From contig OZ025786.1 in NCBI GenBank assembly GCA_964019425.1, positions 310,001 to 374,000 of the forward strand: a stretch of 64,000 nt of DNA, read 5' to 3'. The notes under the pieces were generated by a model. It was not told the DNA's origin and ran no database searches. It saw nothing but the letters and a program-made list of their open reading frames with translations. A program made the position numbers and the translations under genes. The stretch is from Flectonema sp. DT1601. Lineage: Eukaryota. Shown piece after piece: positions 11,649 to 24,496 of this stretch (position 1 is its first letter; each line of letters starts with the position of its first letter).

Positions 11649-13061
11649 ATGGTACAACAGCCTTCTGCTGTAGTAGTCACAGACATAACCGACTCTACCG
11701 AAAGGAACAATCAAAAAAGTGTCACCAGAACAGATAGATCTTCTCCGTCCTGCACACACAACTCATGGGACAACGTTAGAGTAATTAAGGGACAGGTGAC
11801 ATTAAGGTGTAGAGAGTGTCAATCACAATGGAGGACACATGTTGATGCAGTGTGGAGGAAGAAGAAGTGTATGTTCTTTAACACTCCAGAAGGATGTAGT
11901 TCGGGAAAAGACTGTACAAAATTGCACCTTCATTCAAGAAAAGAATCATGGCAGAAGAGAGCAGGAAAACATGGAAGTGAAGTACTGGTTCACGTACCTG
12001 CTGATGTTGCAAACACACCACAAGTTGATGAAACTCAAAGTGTAGCGCCTACTGAAGGCTCATCAGATTGTGGAAGTGTTTCCCCATCAACGAGAGGTAA
12101 ACGTCCATGTTCTCACAACAGCTGGGATAATGTCAGAGTTAAAAAAGGATGTGTCACCCTTCGTTGTCGACAGTGTCAAGCTCAGTGGAGACGAGCCCTC
12201 GAAAATCTCCCTCGCTGTCCAATTTTCACTCAAAGTAGCACCTGTCCACATGGTGATTCTTGCGAGTTACTTCATCTGCACACGTTTAAGTTATCTCTTT
12301 CTCAAAGAATGGATAGCCACGGTTCACGTGTCTTACACAGAATTCCTCCAATTATTTGGATGGATCAGAAAACAGAACCTAACTTAGTAACTGTCCACTG
12401 CAATGGAATGCCAACAAACTGGCAAACATCACCAATGGCTTGTGGAGCTCCTGTGTGGTCAGACAGTCCTCAGTATTTCAGTAGAATTCCAAGTCATTTA
12501 GTAGGAACTAGTTTTGTTCACATTCCTGTTAGAGATATTTCACCTGGGACATCATTGTCTGTTGTGGTGAGTCATGATGCTGATGTTTATTTATTTCATG
12601 ATATTGGTCCGAACTGTGATGGAGGATTCCCACAAACATTAGGATATGGATGGCGTCCTGAAAGAGAAGGACCAGCCTACATGATGCCAGGTCAGAGTAT
12701 TTGGAGTGAAATGATGATGCACAGTACTGTTGTGAGTGGTGAGAGTCAATTAGTAATTCCAACTACGATTGATAGAGCGAGTATGGGAATTGTTATAAAG
12801 TTTAGAATGTCGTCATCACTGACACCTTCAAGTTCTGAAGTTGCATTGAGTTCAGAATGCATATCGAATCCTTCAACAATTGATGTCTCAGAGGAGTTTG
12901 AGGTTCCATCAACTCCAACATCAAGTAGACTGAGTCATACCTGTTCACAACGATCATCAACACCTCCGAGATCACGTTCAGATAGACGTTTTATTTATAG
13001 TGATAGTTCTCATCGAAGAAATGCTTCTTGTCCACCTGTTTACAATGACTCGGTTTGTTAG
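11649..13061 (+). CDS. Zinc-finger protein with two tandem (CxH...CxxC + CCCH) modules
   Basis: Two copies of CxHNSWDNVRVxKGxVTLRCRxCQxQWR, each followed by canonical C-x8-C-x5-C-x3-H (CMFFNTPEGCSSGKDCTKLH; CPIFTQSSTCPHGDSCELLH). Confidence 0.9.
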   Translation: MVQQPSAVVVTDITDSTERNNQKSVTRTDRSSPSCTHNSWDNVRVIKGQVTLRCRECQSQWRTHVDAVWRKKKCMFFNTPEGCSSGKDCTKLHLHSRKESWQKRAGKHGSEVLVHVPADVANTPQVDETQSVAPTEGSSDCGSVSPSTRGKRPCSHNSWDNVRVKKGCVTLRCRQCQAQWRRALENLPRCPIFTQSSTCPHGDSCELLHLHTFKLSLSQRMDSHGSRVLHRIPPIIWMDQKTEPNLVTVHCNGMPTNWQTSPMACGAPVWSDSPQYFSRIPSHLVGTSFVHIPVRDISPGTSLSVVVSHDADVYLFHDIGPNCDGGFPQTLGYGWRPEREGPAYMMPGQSIWSEMMMHSTVVSGESQLVIPTTIDRASMGIVIKFRMSSSLTPSSSEVALSSECISNPSTIDVSEEFEVPSTPTSSRLSHTCSQRSSTPPRSRSDRRFIYSDSSHRRNASCPPVYNDSVC

Positions 13062-16000
13062 CGTAGCAGCTGAAGGTGATTAGTCTTTTTTATTTATTTT
13101 TTGCATTTCTCTTCTCAGTTGTTCATCTGCGACTGCCTGCTCTGTTTCTTGTTTTGACGGTTTTTCTTTTGCAGGTTTCATTTTCTTTTCGCTTTTGAAA
13201 ACTTCACTTGGTTAGAGAATTATTATTTTTTCTTTCAAATTTTTTCCTTTAAAAAAAAAGTGATTGAGAATTGCAGAGCATTTATTTTTTGTTATTTCTT
13301 TTTTATATTATTCATGATATGCTTTTTCTCTAATTTCTTTTTCCTCTCTTCGCAATTCAAAACATATTGCTAAAATCCTTTTACAAAAACAAATTACAAA
13401 ATAATAATAATAATAAGGCGTACGTTCGCTGTATCTTCCGCTTTCTCTCAAAATATTTCGGTTCATCCCCCAGCCACGTTTTATTTTATTTTATAAAATA
13501 GTTATTTTTGGCTTGTTTCATTCTTTTTAAAAACGGGGGAGAAGGGGGAAAAAAAAAAAAAAAAAAAAACGTTTTATGTTGAAAGCTGCGGAAGAAAGAA
13601 AAAAAAAAGAAAATTACCCAAACTGGTTACTGCATAACCCCTCTTGCTGTTATTATAGCAATAGGCCTGAGTGACCTACTTGTGTAATTGTTACTGCTGT
13701 TATATTGTGAAGAAAAATAGCACAAAGCCCCTTGGTGAACTTCATATTTTTTTTTTTATTTTTTATTTTTACTCAGGGTTTGTACCTGTTTATATGTGAG
13801 GACGTAGTCCGTTCTCTTGGAATACTTGTTGCAAATCTCTTCAAAAGGACACTTTTTTTTTTTTTTTTTGTCCGTAAGCGAGACTACCTTGTTGTCTCAG
13901 ATTGTTTGTGGAAATAACTACCTACTGGTTCATGTCCTTGTTATGCGATGAAGACTTGTTCTTCTATCTGCAGCCGTTCTAGCGGCCGAAGTCCCTGAAA
14001 AGTTATTTCCAAACTTCACTTAATCAACTCAGAGCCGTCAGGATCACATTGAGACATCAATATACTCCCCTGATAGTTTCTGTTTCTGTTTTCAACCTGT
14101 TAGTCTATGGGCAAAGTGGAACCGAAAGCTATAAAACGATCTCTGTTTGATTGGGTTTTTTTCTACTAATAAAAGGTTATTCAGATCACCTGCAGTCATC
14201 AGTTCAAGACTTGCTAACTCTAAGTCAGGATCACATTAAAACATTAATTCCGTTCTGGGATTCTCTTTTTTTGTGATGGTGAGCAGCGTGTTCTGATGAA
14301 GCCTTCCAATTCTAATCTATTAAAGCGACCCCTAATTTTATTTTTTTTGATTCTAAGAACAACAAACGTATTCGTGCATCTTGGTGATTTTCACCTTGCC
14401 ACGTCGCGAACATATTAAGGAAGCGAAACTAGTTTTTGAGGGAGAAAAGACAATAATTCTCTCTGTCATTTTCAGTTTGATCGTCGCTTATACGGATTTA
14501 AGCGAAGCTTGAAATAAAAAAAAAAAAAAAAAAAAAAAGGTATACAAAATTGTCAAATAGTAATAGAAATCGAAGGATGTGACCGACCCGACCCCTCGGC
14601 AGTTCCTCGTCACTCAGAGGAACTGCTTTTGCAAAAGGAACAAAGAAAAAAAAAAAAAAAAAAAAAAAGAAATATTTTGACGAACTTGGAAATACTCGTT
14701 CTTGGTGCCGAAGTTCCCTCCGATTCATGGGATCTGGAAAGTTTTGTTTTCCCTCTTGTCTTGGTAGCTCCTTCAGCTATGGGAATGGTTGCCCTCCGGA
14801 AAATCTTCCGCAAAAAGGAAGATATTTTGTGAGGTGCCAACAAGCGAATTGTTTTTTTTTTTGTTGTTTTTTTTAGGTGTTTCCTTTTTTTTTTTCCTTC
14901 ACGGAATGACCTTTTTATTTACCCGTTTGCGATTTATTCTCAAAATGGATTGACGTATTTTTTACTACTCAGACAAAAATCGGGAAAAAAAAAAAAAAAA
15001 AAGGAAACTGGGGAAAAAAAAAAAAAAAAAAGAGAGAGAGTTGTAATTTAATTCGTAGCATGCTGTTAAAGAGTGGTCAAAACTCTCTTTTCTTGTATTC
15101 AGCTGTTCCTTAGTGAAGAAGCAAGTGCATCACAGGTTCTTATTTTTTTTTGTTTGTGTGGTATTCTAATAATAGTGCAGTGACTCACTTTCTTTTCTTC
15201 TTTCCTTTCCTTTTTTTTTCTTGCTGAGTTGCTTTACTACTAAGTTTATTCTCGCCAGTGAGAGTCTCACGGTTGTGGAGCCGAATAAATGGCGCCATGT
15301 GGGCTTCTCCTCTTGTCTTCAATATAATGTCATTACCATAAATAATGAGAACCAGCCGTCTTCACTAATCTGGCAGACAACTGGTTACATCGTATAAAAA
15401 ACCCCCCCCCCTTTTTTTTTTTCCTCTTTTTTCTCGCTTAACTAAAGTCTTGGTATCCCTACTAAGAAATTATATTAAAAAATAAAAAAATATAAAAATA
15501 AAAACTGATTGAATAGAAAATTTATGTCCAACTGCTTCTTTGCATCGGGGGGTTCACTCTTTGAGAATTTCCAAAGAAGCGATGAAGGCAAAAAAAGAAG
15601 AAAAATATACCGCCACTAGGGAGTTGAATGTAGCTGCAACGTCACGAATAGAGCACTGGTTTGTAGACTATCCTCGAATGGTTTGTGCGCACCGCCAGTT
15701 ATCTTGTCCTCATCACACAGAGAAAAGAAGTTAACCAGCTGGTCCGGACCTATCGCCAATAAGAGGCTACTTTGAGGATTGGTTGAATGCCAGTGTTTGG
15801 TTCGAGATTGACAGTGGTCACCCTTTTATTTAATTCAGTTGGTCTTCAGATTGAACGGAAACACAACCAGCGCCTTACCTCTTTTTGTTGGACATGTAAA
15901 AACTGCATCATATTATTGACTGTTTTAACCCTGATGATCAAAAAAAATCTTTTTGTGGCGGCGTGAGTGTATAATTACCCTTGCTACTGGTTATTGTGTA

Positions 16001-17151
16001 CAAACCAAAAAAAAAAAAAAAAAAAATATAAATAAAAAGTGTTGAAAAATTGGTGAGACACCCTTCCCCCCCTTGTTGTTGTTGTCGTTGTTGTTGTTCT
16101 TTTTATTATACTTTTCAACTCATTATTCCTTAACCTAAATACTTTTTTGAGACTGGGGTTATATCTTTTACCATGTCTCACAATGCTAATAGTCAACCTA
16201 CTTCTACACTAATACTGATAACGATAACTGGAAAATAGAATTATTTGGATCAATTTCAACAGTGATCCTCAGGTATCGTGGTAATGGTTAACTCTCTCTG
16301 CTTGCTTTGAAATTGAATTATTTTATGTTATCTTGGTCAAGCAATCACCCAATTCAATATTTCTTATTTTTTTTTGTTTGTTCTTGCCTTTTATTCAATC
16401 TTTCTCCCATATCTATCCTTCTGAGGTAAATGCCTCCTAACGTTTTAAAAAAAAAAAAAAAAAATACGGTTTATTTAAAAGTGTTTTTACATCGAATTCG
16501 GTGGCATCCCAGCAGATCAACTCTGTTGTGGGATTCAATTTATTTTTTTCTTTAGTTTCATTGTTGTGTTTTTTTTTTTTTCTTCTTTTTTCCTTATTGT
16601 GTGAGAGTTATGGTAACGAGAATCGCTGATGTTGGTAGCAATAAACACATTGCTTCTTTCGTTTTTATGCCTAAAATCATTTTTTATAAGGCGTCAGCGT
16701 ACTTTTTTTACGGTGTGAAAATGAGGCGTATCGATTTTCTCTACACGCCTCTGCACTATAATGTAGTAATCATTCTTACGGACATCAACAAACATTGTGT
16801 TTGTGTGTTGTAAAAACGTTTTTTTTTTTTTTTTTTTTTTTCCCGATCATTATTGGGAATTATTTCTGATTGTTATGCTTTTTTTTAAAATTGGTTCTCA
16901 ATGGACCACTCATCTTAACGTTGCTTGTGAGGTCGGTACGACATGACACAACCTTTATGAACGTTTTCGAATGTAAAGGTACAATTTGTCAGAAATCTGC
17001 CTCCAGCACACCTACCCGCCTCATATATTTATATAATTATAAATATGATGCAGCAGTTAACCCCCCCCTCCTCGTCGAACACGCGCAAAACAAGGAGAGT
17101 ATGTTCTCCCCTTTCTGCTACGTTTGTATTTTTTTTTTTTTTTTTTTTTTT

Positions 17152-17291
17152 GCATTGACGAAGTCGGAGAATAAACTATTCAGATTAAGAGCCGTTTTAA
17201 TTTCTTATGGTCAAAAAATGTTATCTATTTCCCCTGTGCGCTCAGTATTACTGTCTGCGATCAACAAAAATATAAAGGCTTATCCGAATGG
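17152..17291 (-). mobile_element. Element family A, copy 2
   Basis: gcattgacgaagtcggagaataaactattcagattaagagcc ... ggcttatccgaatgg, flanked by T tracts on the + strand. Confidence 0.7.
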
Positions 17292-18170
17292 TATTTTTTT
17301 CAAACTTGCTTTTACACGATATTTATGTCGTGGTACCTATTCTCACAAAAAGCGAGCTTAGTTCTTTCCCATTGTTTCTTGTATCCGCAGGCAGAAGAAA
17401 GTTCGTGTGTGCACATAACTTATCCAGTTATTTGATTTTTGGGAGGTTCTTTGTTGAAAAATTAGAATTTACATAGTGCACACAATTCTTTTTTTTCTGT
17501 TTCTTTTCGTTGGTTCCCACGAATATAAAAAAAAAAAAAAAAAAACCTGACGAAAGACAAATAGTTGTTTTGTTGTGACAAGTGTTCTCGTTATTCTCTT
17601 TTTTTTTTTCACAACCCGAACTAATATTCGAGTTGTACCTTCGTAAATAAATAAATAAATACTGTTATCAATAGTTGTGATGTTGTATTGGAAATCTTCT
17701 TAACTATTACTTCTGCTGTGGCATAGAAACGCTGCCTTTCACTACGAGCTTTGGTGATTTTGCAGATCTCTCCCTAGCCTGAGAATCTGTAACCTTGCCA
17801 TTTCCATCTTATTTTTCCGCCTCTTTTTTTTTTAAAAATGAGACCCCTTGGGATATTTGTACCGTCTTTTTTCGTATCTCCCAAATGAATATTTTTTATA
17901 GGTATTAAGTCTCTGAAGAGATTTAATCAAGTGATTTGCCTTTCTTTCGGGCGGGTGGCGACAAGCCCCCAAAATTCATTTTTGGTGTATATATTTTTTT
18001 CCACTGATCTTGTTAAGAATTTAGGTGTTTGTTGGTTCTCTCCTTTTTCTTGGGTTTCTTGTGCTCTTAAAAAAAGAGGCTACAAGTAGGACAAAAAAAA
18101 AAAAAATAAACGCATCTCTGGCGTCTTTATTTATTTATCATCACTGGAAAACCGTTTCCCCCCCCTTTTT

Positions 18171-18250
18171 TTTCGGTCAAGTACCTGATTTTAATTTTGT
18201 TTTTAATACCTAAAGTTGTTACTGTTTTTACATTGTCAAAGTTTCACCCC
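18171..18250 (+). repeat. Dispersed repeat family B, copy 1
   Basis: 39-nt core ctaaagttgttactgtttttacattgtcaaagtttcacc is identical in the copies at ~32188 and ~33797. Confidence 0.8.
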
Positions 18251-19399
18251 CTTTTTTTTCTCTTCTTTTCTCCCTTTGTTTTTTTTTTGTTGTGATTTTC
18301 TTGCGTCGCAATTGGAGAAAAAAAATAAAAAAAAATAAAAATGAATTGTCCAAAGTTATTAGATGCTGAAATAGTAGTTACATTATGAGTTTAAGAGTCT
18401 CGCGGTTGGTTGGTGGCGATCTAACTTGTGAGCTTTTCCTGATTTTGGCTTCCCAGGCTTCGTAAATAAATAAATAAACAACTATTCGTTAGCCGAAGTG
18501 AATATCTGGACGAGAAGGGGAAAAAAAAAAAAAAATTTAGTAAAACTTGAAAATCAAGTAATATTACGACTATTTCTTTTTTTTTTTGTAGCCTATCCTT
18601 TGAATGAAGAAACAACTATCGTGAATCAAATAAAAACGCACTACTTCCATTAATTTTAAAACCTGTTTACTTATTTTCCCTGTTCGCTATTCTTTTCTTC
18701 GTATTATGAAGTTCAAATCTAGTTTTCTGATGTCTTTTTTTTTTTCAATTAATTTACTCTCGATCAGAGAATTAAGTGCGCTCCTCCTTTGCGTTATATG
18801 TACTAAATACACTTCAAAAGCAATACTACGAAGTGTCGCTGTGGTTGATAGTCACTCCCTCTCATAGCACAGAGCTGGGAAGATTTGTTGTCATTTTTTT
18901 TTTTAACTTTAATTGACGTGTTAGCATACTGTTTTGGGACTATCTCCCTCCTCCCCTTCTTTTTTTTTTATTAGTAGCCATTGTGATTTATTTCTTTTTT
19001 CCGTGGGTTATTTGAAGCAAAGTAGTTGTTAGGATCCTAGTGACAGAGCAGCGTTGAAACAGAACTTTTGATTTTGTTGTTGTTACTTGTCGCTGATCTC
19101 TTTTATTCTGACTTGTTCAGCTGAATGGCTCAGCGCGTGTGACCCAGCAGCTGTAGATTTACGTGTGGGCCTTCAATTAGTGTGTTTCAACATTTTATCT
19201 TTATTTTACAATACCTTCCCTTCACCTTACTGTGCTCGTTTTTCTTTTTTTTTTCAACTACGTTGCACTATTTCCTCTTCTTAAACCTGTTTCTAGTTTT
19301 TTCTTTTTTTTTTCCTTAATAATACCTGCGGCGATGGCTACAATTTTTCCGTGAATAATAATCTTGTCGAGATAACGATTTTCTTTTTTTTTTTTTTTT

Positions 19400-19488
19400 G
19401 CACCGACGAAATCGGAGAAGAAACTATTCAGATTAAGAGCTGTTTTATTTATTATAAACAAAATATGAATTTTGGCTTATCTGAATGG
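19400..19488 (-). mobile_element. Element family A, copy 3 (internally deleted, both ends kept)
   Basis: gcaccgacgaaatcggagaagaaactattcagattaagagc ... ggcttatctgaatgg. Confidence 0.7.
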
Positions 19489-22400
19489 GTTTTCAAAAAA
19501 AAAAAAAAAAAAAATCCTTTTTAATTTATATGTCTTTATGTTGTTTCCTTCTTGGCTTTTCGCTAAGAGATGCACAACTTTGGATACTATTAACATCAGT
19601 CTCCGACTTTCTGTGAATAACGTTGTTAATTTAATCCCATTCTCCTATGTCCGATACCCGTGATTTGTTTTGTTATTGTTTTTTTTTTTTTTTGGAAGCG
19701 CAGCTTTATCTTTTTGTGTATTCAAAAAGAAAAAGAAAAGGAACCTTCCTGTGTCAGCTGTAGGTCGGATGTGTTTCTTAATTGAAATCCTATTTTCTTG
19801 TTTCTTTGGTTACCTTTGTTTAAGAAAATACCTTATTCCCTTTTTTTTTAGTTTCCAAAACAGTATGCTGGTCCACTTCTTTAGAGTGTCGCTATTGAAA
19901 AGAGAATTTTTACTCTCTTTTTTTTATTCTTAACTTGTAGACGAATTGCTTTAACCTTTGTTTTTATGAGTAAAAAGAGAAGTTTTTTCTTTTTTCCCCA
20001 CTCGAATTAAAGCGGTTCTTTTTTTTTTTTTTCCCTCTCTAAAACGTACCTTTTCATTGATTAACAACAGCTACAAATATATGTTTTTGTTCTTTTTTTA
20101 TTTATTTATTTTTTTTTTCCCCCCCTTACATATTTCTTTTTAGTATTAAATTTTATTTACTATTTTCTTCACATTTGTTAAACTTATGACCCCGAATTAA
20201 AAAAAACTGTCATCAAAATCTTAAGAACTGAAATGTTGAGCAATACTCCACGTGATGTGCTTGACGAGCATCGTAGATGACTTTCGTCTTTGTAGTAGTC
20301 GCTTTGATGAGCTTTCTTTAAGTCTAGAAATTCGTTATCACGGATGCCATCATCTTTGATGCGACTTACATTCTACGTACATCTTGATACTTGCTCTTCG
20401 CCATGCGCATCGTAGGTGCCGTTCGTCTTCCACTCGATTTGCGTTCGTTGTCGAGATCGTTTGCATAATAATATTCTTTTTTCCCCCCTCAAAAAATTGA
20501 CTTTTTCCCTCTATCGCAAAAGCAGTTTTCCCACCCCTCCTTGCTTTTTCCCTCCTTGCTTTAACCAAGCTTTACCCACGGCTTCAATTGTAAACGCAAA
20601 AAAAAAGGGAAGAAAAAAAAGCTACTATTCTGAAGTGAAGCTTTTAAAAAAAAAAAAAAAAATCTTCTGTCACCTTACTTATCTTTTACTTATCTTTGGG
20701 TATTCTATTACTGTTTTTTTCTACATTTGTCAAACTGTCCTTTCAAATGCAAAAAAAAAAGGGAAAAAGAGACTTTATTTTAATTTTTTTTTTTTATACT
20801 GGGTTTCCGGGACAGGCAGGCTTTGTTTGTAGCCCCTTCGATTACTTCCTCTGTATTTCAAGTTCTTATTTTATATTTTGATTCTTGGTTGTGTATTGTG
20901 GATATTACTCTGGTGAGTACTCCACGCCGTTATTATTACAACTTTGGAGCGATTTTGGTTTTTGCACCTTTCCTAAATTGCTAACCAACTGTCATCTTTT
21001 TGCAGAGCATTTGGGTCAGCAAAAAAAATATGAAACAGCTTTTTCATATTTTCAGAACATTTTTCCAAGGCAATGCTTTTTTTTGTCTCAGTGTGTTCGT
21101 TTTCAAAGAAAAAAAAAATTCCTCTCTTTTCGTTTGATTCTATTTTCTTTTGAGAGCATCTTTTCTCTGAGGTGGTCTCCGACTAGGATATCTGATCCAC
21201 TTGTGTTGTGTTTTGTCGCTAAGGAGCGGCACAAGTGCTTGACAGACACATTTCGTTATATTTTTTTTCCCCCACTTCCTTCGTTTGTCTTTCTCTTCAA
21301 AGTTGCAGCTTTCCCTTTTTTAAAAACCTTTTTTGGACTCATGCTGCACCTCAGTAGAACCTCAATTTTTTTTTTTTTTTTTTTGTAGATCGCCTTGTCG
21401 TCTTCTCTTGGAATGCATCTCTACTATTTATCCCTCGTTCAATTTTTTCTTGATTTTCTTAATTTTTTAAATAAACTGGCTATGCGGGGAATAAACCTGC
21501 GGCTGTCTGCAAGCGACAGTTGCGTATTTTCTGATTGCTTATTGTCATTGTGGCATGCTGGTATATCGCGTGGGTTTTATCTGATAAAAGAATAGATAGA
21601 ATATGTGACCTCGAGGGAGATTGTACAAGTACGGTCTTTTTTTTTTTTTTTTTTTTTTACACAATCATTATCAAAAAATAGTTTTTAATTTTTTTTAACT
21701 CACAAAAAAAACGCCATGCTGATTTAATGACTGAGTCTTTCGTCAGCAGAGGGATGACCCGATTCTCCAACAGGGTGATTTATTGTTTTTATTTTTATAT
21801 TTTATTGCCATACTAATTGCGTTTAGGTGATCATATATAATTATTTTTATATATTATTTCTCGTTTGTCTTTTTTTTTTTCTTTTTATCTCCTGAACTTT
21901 TTTCGTTGTTGTCAACTATGGGTTCTGCGATGTACTTTCATTCGTGGAAGTTGATGCGGCAATCCTTTTTTTTTTTTTTTTTGAATCTGCAAAAAAGCCA
22001 AAAAACAAAACGTTTTTTTTTTTTTTGAAAAGAAAAAGAAGAAATATGTTCTCTATTGTCTGCTGTGCGACACCCCTTGCATTAGTTTGCTAATGTAAAT
22101 GGATAGACTTGTTGGTCTTTCAGTCTAATTGGATGAAAAAAAAAAAAAAAAAAAAAAAGAAACTCGCAAAAGCAGCGAGTATCTGTTGTTTTCCTACAGT
22201 TTCACATTTGCTGCTTTTTTTTTTTTTTTTTTTTTTTTCAATCTGTGGCTTTTGCCTAGTGAACATGCATAATTTATAAGAGAAAAAATTAGGAAAAAAA
22301 AGAAAAAAAACAACAACAACAACAACGCTGAATGTGTAATTGAACCTTTTGACGAGGTGCTGCAACATGACGCAACGAAAATAATTTAGTTGTCCTGATG

Positions 22401-23660
22401 GCGGTATGTTAGTCATCTTATTCTCCTTTTTTTTAATGGACGATGAGGAGAGCGCTTCAAAATTTACTCTCAACCTATCCTGAAATAAAACTTTGCATTC
22501 TGGAGTATCAGCAATGCTGTGAACTTCTGGACATTGTTTCACCTCTCTCTTTCTTGTACTTGTTTGTTTCTTACATATCTTTTTATATTATTGAAACATA
22601 GAAACCCAACCACCATCACATCGTGACAAGACATTACGCACACACAATACTATTATACTATTGGTGCACGAAAATCCTAATCCTTTTAATTTAGACTTTG
22701 AGAGCTGGTCAGGATTACATGTGCTGCCGAATAATTCCTTTTTATGTAAAGGGTCGTTTTGGTATTAAATAAAGTATATTAAAAAGAAAAAAATCACTGC
22801 ATTGATACCTGGGGTGACGTTTTATCTACCTGGCGTTGATCTCTGTAGTTGGTTGGTGCGGATAAATAAAACGTGTCTAAGCGTACCACCAAAAACTGAT
22901 TAGCTTTGACCTAACAAGGTATCAGAATAGCACACACCACCGCCACTTAATTCTTTATCACTTCAGGGGTAGCAATATCAGGTTCAAAGATGTTGAATTG
23001 AATATCGATAATTTTCTTTAAAAAAAAAAAAAAAAAAAATCAGATCAGAAAAAAAAAAAAGTAGTTGTAAAGTCGACTAAAACGTTATTCCCTGAGTACA
23101 GTTAAGGTTATTTTTTTGCTTTCGCATTCTTGTTCCTTCTTGACTAATGTCAAGAAGGAACTCAATCATTGGGTACTTTAACGTTTGTTGACAAACTCAA
23201 AGATGAGTTTTAATCATCTGATTAGTATTAGTAAAGGGAAAAAAAAGAAAGAAAAAAAAAAAAAAAAAAAAAAAAAAGATACGTAATTCAAATAATTCGG
23301 ATTCCATAATATAGTGAAGGCAATTTATTGTTGTCAAAAGGTGAAGACTTTTTTTTTAATTATTAACTTACAGCCTGCTGTATCAATACCGCGCCACAAC
23401 AACTGTATTGAAGCTGTTATGGAAATGTATGGTCTCAGGCAGACAATTGATTTGCTGTTCTTTTTAAGTCATTTTTTTACTGGTTATTGATACCTGAAAA
23501 AAAAATACTTTGCAAAATATTCATGGTTGCACCTCTCTTTAATCTGACTTGCAATTTTCTTTTTTTTTTTTTTTTTTTGTTTGTTAACTAAGGGAAAAAA
23601 TAATATAAAAATATTGTGTGCATAAGAGCCACTTCTCTCCCTTCACTATGTTTTTTTTTT

Positions 23661-23787
23661 GCACCGACGAAGTCGGAGAAGAAACTATTCAGATTAAGGG
23701 CCGGTCTTTTTTATGTCATGTTATCTATTTCCCTGTGCGCCAGTAAAACTAGCTGCGATCAACAAAATATAAGGCTTATCTGAATGG
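23661..23787 (-). mobile_element. Element family A, copy 4
   Basis: gcaccgacgaagtcggagaagaaactattcagattaagggcc ... aaggcttatctgaatgg, between T tracts. Confidence 0.72.
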
Positions 23788-24496
23788 TTTTTTTTTTTGT
23801 TGGCTTTTGTCCCTGGTGTGTAGATGGTTTTTATAATAAAGGCATTGGATTTGTGCGGTGCAAAATACTAATAAAGAAAAGGTTAAGTCACGCTGCCGCG
23901 ATTCTCTTTCTACCGAACAAGATGTTTCCGTGATGTTAAACTATTACTATGACCACTTGTTTGTTTAATTTCTTATTGCCGTTACCTCCTTTATTTCCTT
24001 GTACTTGTTAATTTTTATCTTCTTGAAATCACCCTTGGCACTGGCAATATAAGGGTGGTATTGTTCTTTTCTTTTTTTGCTCTCACGACAATACTGAGGG
24101 TAAATAATAATAATAATAATAATGCTCTACTAATTGGCTTATTTCATCTGCGGGAGGGGTTTTCAGCTCGCACAATACTCTTATTTCTTTGATGAGTGTT
24201 TGTGTTGTGGCAACTTTGTCCCGTCCATACCCGACCGTTTTTCCAGCTATTTTTCACAGGTTGCTTTGCGACCCTTGTTTTGTTAGTTAGAAGTTGTGTT
24301 TTTTATTGTTTTGTTGGTACTCTTATAATCACATTTTATTACAGTTTGATGCAAAAAAAATTTAAAATAGGATTTCCAGAAAGCCAGATTGTCCTCCTTC
24401 AATATGATAAGGTTAGTTGAGGAGCCGTTTTTATGCGTTTTAATGTACTGAAAAAAAAACAAAAACAAAAAAAATCCTACTCACAACAACAGGTAA

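Noticed and set aside
23661..23790. Hammerhead ribozyme reading of element A (ccgacga...gaaac-stem-gtH)
   Set aside because: The core is CCGACGA/TTGACGA rather than CUGANGA, there is no valid stem II, and stem I cannot form because both flanks are T tracts.
13732..24468. Many short Phe- or Lys-rich ORFs in the non-coding gaps
   Set aside because: They are products of poly(T)/poly(A) tracts with no domain signal.
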